From: Candidatus Poseidoniaceae archaeon
GTDB taxonomy: Archaea > Thermoplasmatota > Poseidoniia > Poseidoniales > Poseidoniaceae
Length of the DNA: 35,407 nucleotides
Reading direction: 5' to 3'
Assembly (NCBI GenBank): GCA_030741455.1
Contig: JASLVI010000001.1
Coordinates: forward strand, 1-35,407
Both the position numbers and the translations under genes were made by a program. Of this stretch, positions 26,559-35,407 are shown piece by piece. Within the stretch, counting starts at the first letter, position 1, and every line of letters begins with the position of its first letter. The notes beneath the pieces were generated by a model, which worked only from the letters and a program-made list of their open reading frames with translations, was not told where the DNA came from and ran no database searches.

Positions 26559-27989
26559 ATGAAAACTCGAAATTGCAAAGTTTTGGTGATTGGCGCAGGC
26601 CCTGGAGGATACGTTGCTGCAATTCGTGCAGGTCAACTCGGAATGGACACGGTCATCGTTGAAGGCCAACGTGCTGGAGGTACCTGTCTCATTCGAGGAT
26701 GTATTCCTTCAAAGGCGCTCATTCATGCTGCCCACACCTTCCACAAACTCGCAGGGCACGCTAAGAAAGGGGGCCACATGGGTATCAGTATTCCCGGACC
26801 TGCTGAACTCAAAATGGAAGATACGATTGCCTGGAAAGATGGAATCGTCGATCGACTCAACAAAGGCGTAGAAGCCCTCCTCAAGAATGCAGGTGTTGAA
26901 CTTGTGAATGGATGGGCTGAATTCCAAGATGCGAAGACGGTGAAAGTTGGTAAAGGCAAGGATGCACTGATCATTCAAGCAGAAAACGTCATTCTTGCAA
27001 ACGGATCCATCCCAATCGAACTCCCATTCATGAAGTATGGTGAACATGTTCTTTCGTCGAGAGAGGCGCTTTCTCTTCAGGAACTACCAAAGCGAATCGC
27101 GGTCGTTGGGGGAGGCTACATTGGTCTTGAGCTTGGCATCACCTTCCGAATGCTTGGAAGTGAAGTGACGATTGTTGAAGCAATGGATTCAGTTCTTCCA
27201 ATCTTCGACAAGGAACTTCGTCGACCGCTCGAAATTGCCATCAAGAAACAAAAGATTGCCGTTCACACCAAGGTCTTTGCAAAAGGCATTGAAGAAAACA
27301 AGGATGGAAGTGTTGATCTCCTTTACACTCCTAAAGATGCAAAGGAAGGTACAGATCCAGAACGACTTACAGTCGACAAGGTTCTCGTTACCGTTGGTCG
27401 TCGACCAATGAGTGCTGCTCTTGCACCAACAGGTGTTGCTCTCGATGAACGTGGATTTGTTAAAGTCAACAACAAGTGTGAAACCAACATGAAAGGTGTT
27501 TATGCGATTGGAGATGTGTGTGATCTTGGCGAAATGCTTGCGCACGTTGCATCCTTCCAAGGTGAAATGGTTGCAGAAATCCTTGCTGGTGAAAACCGAA
27601 TCTATGAGCCTGCAGCCGTTCCTGCCATCGTCTTCACAGAACCTGAAGTCGTCTCAGTCGGTCTTTCTCCTGATGAGGCAAAGGCTGCTGGCCATCCAGT
27701 CATCACGGGTAAATTCCCATTGGCTGCAAACGGCCGTGCACTGACGCAAGAAGCAGAAAAGACCGCTGGATTTGTTCGTGTCACAGCCCGTGAAGACGAT
27801 CATCGAATCCTCGGAATTCAAGCGGTTGGGACACACATCAGCGAGCTTGTTGGAGAATGGACACTTGCTATTGAAATGGGCGCGCTTCTCGAAGATGTTG
27901 CACACACAATCCACGCTCATCCGACCATGACAGAGATGACGCATGAAGGTGTTCTAGCTACACTCGGTCATGCAATTCATTCGATGTGA
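26559..27989 (+). CDS. lpdA: Dihydrolipoamide dehydrogenase E3
   Basis: GAGPGGYVAA, redox motif GGTCLIRGCIPSK, GGGYIGLE and HAHPTMTE. Confidence 0.95.
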   Translation: MKTRNCKVLVIGAGPGGYVAAIRAGQLGMDTVIVEGQRAGGTCLIRGCIPSKALIHAAHTFHKLAGHAKKGGHMGISIPGPAELKMEDTIAWKDGIVDRLNKGVEALLKNAGVELVNGWAEFQDAKTVKVGKGKDALIIQAENVILANGSIPIELPFMKYGEHVLSSREALSLQELPKRIAVVGGGYIGLELGITFRMLGSEVTIVEAMDSVLPIFDKELRRPLEIAIKKQKIAVHTKVFAKGIEENKDGSVDLLYTPKDAKEGTDPERLTVDKVLVTVGRRPMSAALAPTGVALDERGFVKVNNKCETNMKGVYAIGDVCDLGEMLAHVASFQGEMVAEILAGENRIYEPAAVPAIVFTEPEVVSVGLSPDEAKAAGHPVITGKFPLAANGRALTQEAEKTAGFVRVTAREDDHRILGIQAVGTHISELVGEWTLAIEMGALLEDVAHTIHAHPTMTEMTHEGVLATLGHAIHSM

Positions 27990-28096
27990 AGCACTGAAAA
28001 ATGCGTGAGCAGAGTTTTTTACCAAACCTCGTATCAAAACCGGTAACAAACTGTTGTATAGTCCCATTCATTGAACACACTAAGGCGGATTTGGGA

Positions 28097-29446
28097 ATGT
28101 CTGACTTCTTGGTGGAACTGAAGAACTTTGCTCGCCTTGCGCAAGCAAATTCCAAGCACGTTCAGCACGAAAAAATGTCATCAAAAGTTTGTCTCGTTTC
28201 ACTAAAATTCGATTCTGAAAATATCGAGATAGCAAAACGTCTCACGACGGAAGGGATGGAAAAGCAAGATCGCCTCAACTATTTGCAAACGTTAAGAGAA
28301 CATCTTGGCAAGGAAGTCTTTGAATTCTCCACCTGTAACCGCATTTTGTATGTTGGATTCGATATCGAACCTGAAGAACTTGTGGCAGGAGTTTCCACCG
28401 TCTCAAACATCTCCAATATTCCCTTCAAACACGCAACTGGTTCTGATGCCTGGAAGAACCTTGTAAACATCGCTAGCGGACTGGATTCGTTTATTGTCGG
28501 AGAATTACAAGTGATGTCACAGCTGCGCAACGCCATCAATTTCCATCGCGAGCATGCACTCATAGGAAACTACAACCTCGCTTTCTTTGATCACATTGTT
28601 TCAGCGAATCGTATTGTTCGCAAAGAATTGGGGTTCACGAGTTCCACCGAATCAATGCTCAATCTCGCAACCTCCTCGCTTGAAGACATCTTAGAACCAA
28701 AAGGGCAAGCCAAATCATTGGTACTTGGATTTGGAGAGATGGGTGCAAAAGCTGTCGAAACCCTCCTTCATGTCAACCAAGAAAACATCATCGTCGCCTC
28801 AAGGAATCCTGACGAATCGTCTACACGAAATCTAGACCTTGCATCGAAATGTACGATGATTACCTATCACGAAATCAAGGATTATGCTGAAGACATTGAC
28901 CTTGTCATTTCGACAAGACGATGTTCAACTCCTGCATACACAAAAGAAAATCCCCTTCCAATCACCTCGAAGGCAACACTTCTTGATTTCTCGTGGCCAC
29001 CGTCCATCGATTATGATGCAGTACCTCCGAATCAAACACTTCTTGGCATGGAACATTGGATCAAGTTAGCACGAAATCTTGACCAAGAAGCATACCAAAC
29101 CATGATGCATGAGGCGGAAGAATTGATTGAAAGTATCCAGAAGAGATACATGAATGCTCTTAGCGACCGAAATGAAGCCAACTTTAGAGCACTCATTTAC
29201 GGCCAAATGGAAAAACTCTCAAGCAGTTGGCAATCGTCTTCCAATGCTACTCAGGAGGATTCTCTACAAATGGGAGCATTTGCCAGAGAAATTGCAACTT
29301 GGATTTGTAAACAAAACAAAACATTCCATCTTTCTGAACTATCAACGTTCATCGAAGGAACGAATCGTCATTTGAGTCCTGATTTACTCCTCGAAGTAGC
29401 AAAAGATGTGGAGAGTTCAGTCATCTCCATGACCGCTGGAACCTGA
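28097..29446 (+). CDS. hemA: Glutamyl-tRNA reductase (divergent)
   Basis: STCNR catalytic Cys motif, ASGLDSFIVGELQV and NADPH loop GFGEMG; first gene of the hem cluster. The start is uncertain (28001, 28097 or 28175). 28097 has TTGTATA about 30 nt upstream. Confidence 0.82.
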   Translation: MSDFLVELKNFARLAQANSKHVQHEKMSSKVCLVSLKFDSENIEIAKRLTTEGMEKQDRLNYLQTLREHLGKEVFEFSTCNRILYVGFDIEPEELVAGVSTVSNISNIPFKHATGSDAWKNLVNIASGLDSFIVGELQVMSQLRNAINFHREHALIGNYNLAFFDHIVSANRIVRKELGFTSSTESMLNLATSSLEDILEPKGQAKSLVLGFGEMGAKAVETLLHVNQENIIVASRNPDESSTRNLDLASKCTMITYHEIKDYAEDIDLVISTRRCSTPAYTKENPLPITSKATLLDFSWPPSIDYDAVPPNQTLLGMEHWIKLARNLDQEAYQTMMHEAEELIESIQKRYMNALSDRNEANFRALIYGQMEKLSSSWQSSSNATQEDSLQMGAFAREIATWICKQNKTFHLSELSTFIEGTNRHLSPDLLLEVAKDVESSVISMTAGT

Positions 29447-29461
29447 TTCTGGAGGATGCTC

Positions 29462-31156
29462 ATGACGATTCGAATTGGAACACGCTCATCGAATCTCGCA
29501 TTATGGCAAGCCCGTTCTGTTGCATCTGCACTCAAACAGGCAGGGATTGAAACCGAAATTATCGAGTTTAAATCAACTGGCGACCGAAGTCTAGGAGGGA
29601 ATCTATCCTCCTCTGTTGGCCAATTCATACATACAATCGATGATGGCCTTATCACTGGTAAGATCGATATTGCAGTTCATTCCAGCAAAGATGTTCCCGT
29701 CTCAATCAGCAAAGAAATTCGACATCTTGCCTACATGAAACGAGGTACAACAAGCGATCTCGTCTTGATGAAGAAAAAAGGGTTTGACTCCCTTGAAGAC
29801 ATTCTGAACTCTGTTGAATCCACACCTCTTTCAGACGTATTGGCCAGTTTCGGATCTGGATCAACATTCGGAACGGTTTCGGGACGGCGACAGTCCCTGT
29901 TGCTGAGCGAGCGTCCAGATATTATCCCGCTTGCTGTACGAGGTCATGTAGAAACCAGAATCAATCGCCTCCTAGAAGGTCGAGTCGATGCACTTGTCCT
30001 AGCAGAAGTTGGTATCAAACGATTGAATTCAATCGGTGCACTAGATTCGGTGAAAGGAAACATCTCTGCTGTTCGTTTGGATCAAAACGATTGGCCAACC
30101 GCACCTGGCCAGGGCGCAGTTTGCATCCATTGTAAAGCAGAACGATTCGATGAATTCATCAACCTGCGAGACGTTCTCAACCATCCACAAACCGAACAAG
30201 ACATTGTGAAAGAACGGGCCATTCTCGATAGAATAGGCGGGGGTTGTCTGTACCCTGCTGGAATAGAAGTTCAAGGTAACTTGACCCGCGTGAAAATCGC
30301 TCCAAAGGGTTGGAAGACAACATTCTGTGAAGGAAGGACGTATTCCATTTATTCCTATCAAGGAGATTATGAGAGCATGATGATTGATTTACCTCAGGAT
30401 GAGGATGCACCAATACGTTCAACTCCGATAGATGGGCCAAAATTTGTCTCAACGCTCAACTCTGATCGAATTTCCAATGTATTGGCGAATAACGGCATTC
30501 CAATGGAGAACATGTCTGTCATTGATTTGAGTCCGTCATTGGATGCTTGGCCCAGAGATTTCTTGAGTCAATATACAAGAAAGAGAGATTGGCCATACCT
30601 CGTACTCACGTCACCATTTGCGGCAAAATGTGCCATCATTGCTGCGGAGTCCAACCCGGACATCGCAAGGATACAATGGCTTGCTATCGGCGAAGGGACT
30701 GCTCGAGCATGTTTTCAACGCGGCGTCACTGTGGCCATTTGTGCTAAGGCAAGGAATTCGAAAGAGCTTGTTGCGTACATTGCAGAGAACATTGATGCCA
30801 AGACCCCACTACTGATACCACGGTCAAACGTTGCACCCAATGATGTCGTCCATAATTTGGAGAAACTAGGCTTCTCAATCGACCACTGGATAGGGTACGA
30901 AAACAAGCCCAAATCAGTTGATAATGCTCCTGTATCACCCGATGATGTTCTTCTCTTATCCTCTTCATCCTCTGCAATCTCGTGGGCAGAAAATGGGCTT
31001 GTGGTTCCAAATGAGATTATTTGTATGGGAAACAATGCGAAAGAAACAATCCACTCTCTGGATCATTTCCATGGAAGCAACGTTTCAGTTCTCAAAGGAC
31101 CAACGACGGAGTATCTCATGCAATGGTGGAAGGAGAATAGGGGGCACATGACATGA
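29462..31156 (+). CDS. hemC: Fused porphobilinogen deaminase / uroporphyrinogen-III synthase (HemC-HemD)
   Basis: HemC motifs RIGTRSSNLALWQA, DIAVHSSKDVP, RGHVETR, APGQGA and GGGCxxP. The C-terminal ~240 aa carry HemD-like LVLTSPFAA, AIGEGTARA, LLIPRS and LLSSSSSA. SD ggagg favours ATG 29462 over 29456. Confidence 0.88.
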   Translation: MTIRIGTRSSNLALWQARSVASALKQAGIETEIIEFKSTGDRSLGGNLSSSVGQFIHTIDDGLITGKIDIAVHSSKDVPVSISKEIRHLAYMKRGTTSDLVLMKKKGFDSLEDILNSVESTPLSDVLASFGSGSTFGTVSGRRQSLLLSERPDIIPLAVRGHVETRINRLLEGRVDALVLAEVGIKRLNSIGALDSVKGNISAVRLDQNDWPTAPGQGAVCIHCKAERFDEFINLRDVLNHPQTEQDIVKERAILDRIGGGCLYPAGIEVQGNLTRVKIAPKGWKTTFCEGRTYSIYSYQGDYESMMIDLPQDEDAPIRSTPIDGPKFVSTLNSDRISNVLANNGIPMENMSVIDLSPSLDAWPRDFLSQYTRKRDWPYLVLTSPFAAKCAIIAAESNPDIARIQWLAIGEGTARACFQRGVTVAICAKARNSKELVAYIAENIDAKTPLLIPRSNVAPNDVVHNLEKLGFSIDHWIGYENKPKSVDNAPVSPDDVLLLSSSSSAISWAENGLVVPNEIICMGNNAKETIHSLDHFHGSNVSVLKGPTTEYLMQWWKENRGHMT

Positions 31157-32127
31157 ACATACGGCCACGAATCAATCGGTGGACTCAAGCGCGAAGAAGC
31201 ATGTTGTTTGGTAACGCTCCACTCCACGCTTTGGTTCAACCTCATTTTGTTGTTGCCGGGGAAAACATCGACACCCCAATCGAAAGCATGCCAGGCATCA
31301 ATCAACAGTCTATTGATGTCTTGATCGAAACCGTGCAGAACGATTATGACAATGGGATTCGAGCAGTAATGCTGTTTGGTGTTGTTGAACATTCGGAGAA
31401 AGATGATGCTGCAAGCAAGGCTTCAGATGTCGACTCGCATCTTCATCGGGCGGTTCAAGAATTAAAATCCATACACGGTGATTCGATTGTCGTTATGACG
31501 GATGTTTGTCTGTGTACTGCAACGAATCATGGCCATTGTGGTTTAGTTCACGAAGGTGAAATTCTCAACGATTCGTCCGTAGAGCGATTGTGTGAGATTG
31601 CAGTCTCCCATGCAGAGGTCGGCGCAGATTATGTCTGTGCATCAGATATGATGGATGGTCGAGTCATCGCAATACGCTCAGCGCTTGAGGCTGCAGGTTT
31701 CACAAGTACTGGCATACTCTCCTATTCTGTAAAATATGCATCTACGTTCTATGGTCCATTTCGTCAAGCTGCCGATTCAAGTCCCGAATTTGGCGATCGG
31801 TCCACACATCAAATGGACATATCATCAGGCTATGATGAAGCAATCTTGGAATCTGAATTGGACGTCAAAGAAGGAGCGGACATTGTCATGGTTAAACCCG
31901 CTCTTGCCTATCTTGACGTGGTTCGGAAAGTAGCAGACTCAATCAACAGACCCGTAGCAGTGTACAATGTAAGCGGAGAGTATGCTATGGTCATGAATGC
32001 TACAAAGGATGACAATTCACGAAGACGAATGGTTCGTGAAATAATGACAGCATTCAATAGAGCGGGTGCTGACGTCATCGTATCCTATCATGCTCGGGAA
32101 ATTGCCGAGAAGGGTTGGCTTGATTGA
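31153..32127 (+). CDS. hemB: Porphobilinogen synthase (ALA dehydratase), Zn-binding type
   Basis: Motifs DVCLCTATNHGHCG (CxCx7C), SDMMDGR, YSVKYAS, VMVKPAL and AVYNVSGEY. Confidence 0.96.
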   Translation: MNIRPRINRWTQARRSMLFGNAPLHALVQPHFVVAGENIDTPIESMPGINQQSIDVLIETVQNDYDNGIRAVMLFGVVEHSEKDDAASKASDVDSHLHRAVQELKSIHGDSIVVMTDVCLCTATNHGHCGLVHEGEILNDSSVERLCEIAVSHAEVGADYVCASDMMDGRVIAIRSALEAAGFTSTGILSYSVKYASTFYGPFRQAADSSPEFGDRSTHQMDISSGYDEAILESELDVKEGADIVMVKPALAYLDVVRKVADSINRPVAVYNVSGEYAMVMNATKDDNSRRRMVREIMTAFNRAGADVIVSYHAREIAEKGWLD

Positions 32128-32136
32128 GGTATTGCA

Positions 32137-33432
32137 ATGGACAGAGCAAAATCCGACAGCATGCACAACGTTGCAATGGAGCACCTCGTAGGAGGCGTCA
32201 ACTCTCCGGTTCGCGCCTTCAAATCTGTTCACGGAAATCCGATTTACTTCGAGAAAGCATCAGGAGCGCATGTCACGGACATTGACGGCAACATACTTGT
32301 CGATTTTGTCCAATCTTGGGGCCCGCTTATCCATGGCCACTCGCATCCTGAAATTATCAAAGCAGTTCATGAAAAAATGCTGAATGGGACCTCATTTGGC
32401 GCACCCCATCTCGGTGAAATTGAACTTGCAAAGAAAGTCAAAAAACGATTCACTCACATGGATAAGGTACGTTTTGTTTCTTCAGGAACAGAGGCAGTAA
32501 TGAGTGCAGTACGACTCGCTCGAGGCTACACAGGTCGAGATCTACTTGTCAAGTTCGAAGGTTGCTATCATGGACATGTTGATTCCTTGATGGTATCTTC
32601 TGGAAGTGGTCTCGCAACCTTTGGAATTGCGAGCAGCCCCGGTATCCCAAACGATACAGTCGCTACAACTCTTATTTGTCCATTGGATGACATTGAGGCG
32701 GTTGAGTTCCTGTTCAAGGAACACGGTAATGAAATCGCAGCTGTAGTGATTGAACCGCTCCCTGCAAACAATGGACTGCTCATTCAACGAAACGAATTCC
32801 TAGTTCGACTCAGAACACTTTGCGATCAGCATGAATCCTTGTTAATCTTTGATGAGGTCATCAGTGGTTTTCGTTTCAAGCACGGAAGTTACTCTGATAT
32901 TTGTGGAGTCACACCTGACATAACTGCTCTTGGCAAGGTCATTGGAGGAGGGTTGCCTGTTGGAGCATACGGTGCACGAGACGAAATAATGGAACAACTT
33001 TCTCCTTTAGGACCAGTTTATCAAGCAGGGACATTATCTGGCAATCCACTTGCCATGGCAGCTGGTGCAAAAACCTTGGATCTCTTGGATGAAGATGCCT
33101 ACGATTACCTCGAGCAACTTGGATCCATGATGGAGACAGAGGTCAATCTTGTACTCAAAAAACATGGATTTCCAATGCGGCTTGTACGAATGGAAAGTCT
33201 GTTCTGGTTTTCACCTGGTGACGGAACCCCTGCAATTCGGGCCGACCATATACCAAAGGACGCAGGTAAGTTGTATGCTGATGTTCACTTGGAACTCCTA
33301 ATGAGAGGCTACATGCTTGCACCATCTGCTTATGAGATTGGATTCCTATCCACATCTCACGAAGAATCACACATCCATGGTTTTGTCCAAGCATTGGATG
33401 AATCTCTCTCCAGTTTGGGGCTGTCATCATGA
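32137..33432 (+). CDS. hemL: Glutamate-1-semialdehyde 2,1-aminomutase
   Basis: Motifs GGVNSPVRAF, SWGPLIHGH, KFEGCYHGH, FDEVISGFR, LGKVIGGGLP and YQAGTLSGNP. Confidence 0.97.
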   Translation: MDRAKSDSMHNVAMEHLVGGVNSPVRAFKSVHGNPIYFEKASGAHVTDIDGNILVDFVQSWGPLIHGHSHPEIIKAVHEKMLNGTSFGAPHLGEIELAKKVKKRFTHMDKVRFVSSGTEAVMSAVRLARGYTGRDLLVKFEGCYHGHVDSLMVSSGSGLATFGIASSPGIPNDTVATTLICPLDDIEAVEFLFKEHGNEIAAVVIEPLPANNGLLIQRNEFLVRLRTLCDQHESLLIFDEVISGFRFKHGSYSDICGVTPDITALGKVIGGGLPVGAYGARDEIMEQLSPLGPVYQAGTLSGNPLAMAAGAKTLDLLDEDAYDYLEQLGSMMETEVNLVLKKHGFPMRLVRMESLFWFSPGDGTPAIRADHIPKDAGKLYADVHLELLMRGYMLAPSAYEIGFLSTSHEESHIHGFVQALDESLSSLGLSS

Positions 33433-34457
33433 ATGGAAAGGAACGTATCGTTGGCGCGTTGAATCATCAGGAAGTTGACAGAACTCCAGTTTGGTTCATG
33501 AGACAAGCAGGCAGACACTTGCCAGAATACAGGAAGCTTGCAGCAGAACATAACTTCTGGGAGCGATGCATGGACATCGATTTATGCACGACAATCACAA
33601 TGCAACCAATTCACAGGTACAAGTCGATCGATGCTGCGATTATTTTCAGCGACATCCTCACCCCGCTGCCTGCACTCGGCTACGAAGTTGAATATGGAGG
33701 AGGAATTCGAATCGATCCTTTTGACTTCGAAGATGTTGAAGGATGGAGTGATTTTTCGGCTCGAAAACATGCTCCATGGGCTGCTGACGGACTCAAGGCC
33801 ATCGGCGAAGAAAACACTGATATTGCCCGACTTGGTTTTGTTGGGTGCCCATGGACCACATCGATGTATCTGATGGCAGGCGGCACTGGGGACAAAGAAT
33901 TTCATGAAACTCGAGCAAAGGTATACTCTGATCCAGATGCATCGATGCGAGTGTTGCTCAAAGTTGCGGAAGCCGTTGGTGACTTGCTTGCAGACCAAGT
34001 AAATCACGGAGGAGCCGATGCTGTGCAAATGTTCGATACATGGGCAGGACTGTTGACCGATGAAGATTATTGTCGGTTTGCAAAGCCTGCCACTGAACGG
34101 GCGATAGAGGTATTTCGAAACAAAGCAAACCGGCAAGTCCCGTTAATCCATTATGCAAAGGGAAGCTCACACTTGCACCATGAAATTCGCAAACTCGATA
34201 TTGAAGCAATCTCCTTGGATTGGAGAGATAACCTCAAGCAGAACAGAATTGAGTATGGTTCACAATTTGCATTTCAGGGCAATCTTGACCCATCGAGAAT
34301 GCACGGAACTCCAGAGGCCGCAGTTAATGCTGCAAAAGTAGTCATGGAGAATGCAGGCAATAAACCAGGCCACATCTTCAATCTAGGACATGGATTTGCA
34401 CCTGGTGCAAAAATCGAGTGTGTTGAAGCAGTTTTGAGACATGTCACTGGTGAATGA
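33429..34457 (+). CDS. hemE: Uroporphyrinogen decarboxylase
   Basis: Motifs PVWFMRQAGR, DAAIIFSDIL, GFVGCPWT, QMFDTWAG, QGNLDP and IFNLGHG. Confidence 0.95.
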   Translation: MNGKERIVGALNHQEVDRTPVWFMRQAGRHLPEYRKLAAEHNFWERCMDIDLCTTITMQPIHRYKSIDAAIIFSDILTPLPALGYEVEYGGGIRIDPFDFEDVEGWSDFSARKHAPWAADGLKAIGEENTDIARLGFVGCPWTTSMYLMAGGTGDKEFHETRAKVYSDPDASMRVLLKVAEAVGDLLADQVNHGGADAVQMFDTWAGLLTDEDYCRFAKPATERAIEVFRNKANRQVPLIHYAKGSSHLHHEIRKLDIEAISLDWRDNLKQNRIEYGSQFAFQGNLDPSRMHGTPEAAVNAAKVVMENAGNKPGHIFNLGHGFAPGAKIECVEAVLRHVTGE

Positions 34458-34458
34458 A

Positions 34459-35370
34459 ATGCGCAACAAAATGGTGGAAATGGTTCACGACCTCCAAGAT
34501 ATCATTTGTGAGGCAATCAAAACCATTGATGGGACCATGTATCGAGAAGATGTTTGGACCAGAGAAGAGGGCGGTGGCGGACGCAGTCGTGTCTTTTCTG
34601 AGGGAAATGTCTTTGAAAAAGCAGGTGTGAACGTAAGCGTTGTTCACGGTACGCTAAGCCCAGAGGCTGCTGAAAAGATGGGAGGGGGACATCAACTCGA
34701 GGGAAAAGATCTCGACTTTTTTGCAACGGGAATCAGTTTGGTTCTTCATCCAATCAACCCGATGGCTCCTACAGTACACGCAAATTATCGATATTTTGAG
34801 CGCGGAGCAGGACAAGCCGAAGGAAGTTGGTGGTTTGGTGGAGGAGCTGACCTGACACCATCCTATCTCTTTGAAGAAGACGCAATTCATTTCCATCGAA
34901 TTCACAAAGAGGTTTGTGACCGCCATGAAATCGCAGATTATAATCGATTCAAATCATGGTGCGATGAGTACTTCCACATCCCACACCGAAACGAAGGTCG
35001 TGGAGTTGGAGGCATTTTCTTTGACAACATCCATGGCTCGAGCAAACAAGAGTGTTTTGAATTCGTCAACGATTGTGCACATCGGTTTCTCGATGCTTAT
35101 CTACCGATATTAGAGCGTCGAAAGGACCTTGCATACACTGTTCAGCAAAAAGAATGGCAACAAATCCGTCGTGGACGATATGTGGAGTTTAATCTCGTGT
35201 ACGATCGAGGTACAAAATTCGGTTTGACAACAAACGGTCGAATCGAGAGCATCCTTATGTCGCTTCCACTAACTGCACGTTGGGAATATTGTCACGAAGT
35301 GCCAATTGGTACTGAAGAAGAAAAACTCCTAACTGTTCTAAAGAATCCAATGGATTGGTTGGGTGCGTGA
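34459..35370 (+). CDS. hemF: Oxygen-dependent coproporphyrinogen-III oxidase
   Basis: Motifs FEKAGVNVSVVHG, LHPINPMAPTVHANYRYF, WWFGGGADLTP, RGVGGIFFD, RRGRYVEFNLVYDRGTKFGL and RIESILMSLP. GGTGA at 34449-34453 favours ATG 34459 over 34441. Confidence 0.97.
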   Translation: MRNKMVEMVHDLQDIICEAIKTIDGTMYREDVWTREEGGGGRSRVFSEGNVFEKAGVNVSVVHGTLSPEAAEKMGGGHQLEGKDLDFFATGISLVLHPINPMAPTVHANYRYFERGAGQAEGSWWFGGGADLTPSYLFEEDAIHFHRIHKEVCDRHEIADYNRFKSWCDEYFHIPHRNEGRGVGGIFFDNIHGSSKQECFEFVNDCAHRFLDAYLPILERRKDLAYTVQQKEWQQIRRGRYVEFNLVYDRGTKFGLTTNGRIESILMSLPLTARWEYCHEVPIGTEEEKLLTVLKNPMDWLGA

Positions 35371-35407
35371 TGCTCTTGCATAGCCAAGATGATTGGATTC
35401 AATATGG
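35370..35407 (+). CDS. Possible start of the next operon gene (MLLHSQDDWIQY...), truncated by the window edge
   Basis: ATG overlaps the hemF stop (TGATG) and the frame is open to the end of the window. It is too short to identify. Confidence 0.35.
   Translation, partial: MLLHSQDDWIQY

Noticed and set aside
28001..28096. N-terminal extension of HemA from ATG 28001
   Set aside because: The region contains a T-tract (28015-28020) after lpdA and a TATA-like TTGTATA, so it is more consistent with terminator and promoter sequence than with coding sequence.

Overview
This looks like a core-genome window of a marine euryarchaeon, most likely Marine Group II (Ca. Poseidoniales). That assignment is inferred from archaellin-type N-termini, TATA-like boxes ~25-30 nt upstream of start codons, large acidic Ca-binding-repeat surface proteins and bacterial-type metabolic operons. 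From left to right it holds: the 3' part of a thrombospondin-3-like repeat surface protein; two divergent archaellin-like genes; a small membrane protein; gdhA; a TerB-like gene divergent from a tandem ribbon-helix-helix (RHH) regulator; an unexplained ~300-nt GC-rich, hairpin-dense intergenic element; an XPD/Rad3 Fe-S helicase; a His-rich Hsp20-like protein; a 2985-aa transglutaminase-like surface protein and a 970-aa Ig-like surface protein; tRNA-Leu(TAA); a pteridine-reductase-like SDR; a lipA-E1a-E1b-E2-E3 2-oxoacid dehydrogenase operon (likely branched-chain); and a hemA-hemC/D-hemB-hemL-hemE-hemF operon running off the right edge. The best candidate for something undescribed is the 5.1-6.4 kb module. 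It combines the RHH gene, a triple repeat abutting its TATA box, and a putative structured ncRNA carrying a 12-nt perfect complement to the gdhA translation-initiation region. Other oddities are a tRNA-Leu with an A1:U72 pair, Arg at the catalytic His position of the transglutaminase domain, and a HemE/HemF heme route in an archaeon. No CRISPR array, transposase or integrase was seen. All calls were made by eye without database searches.
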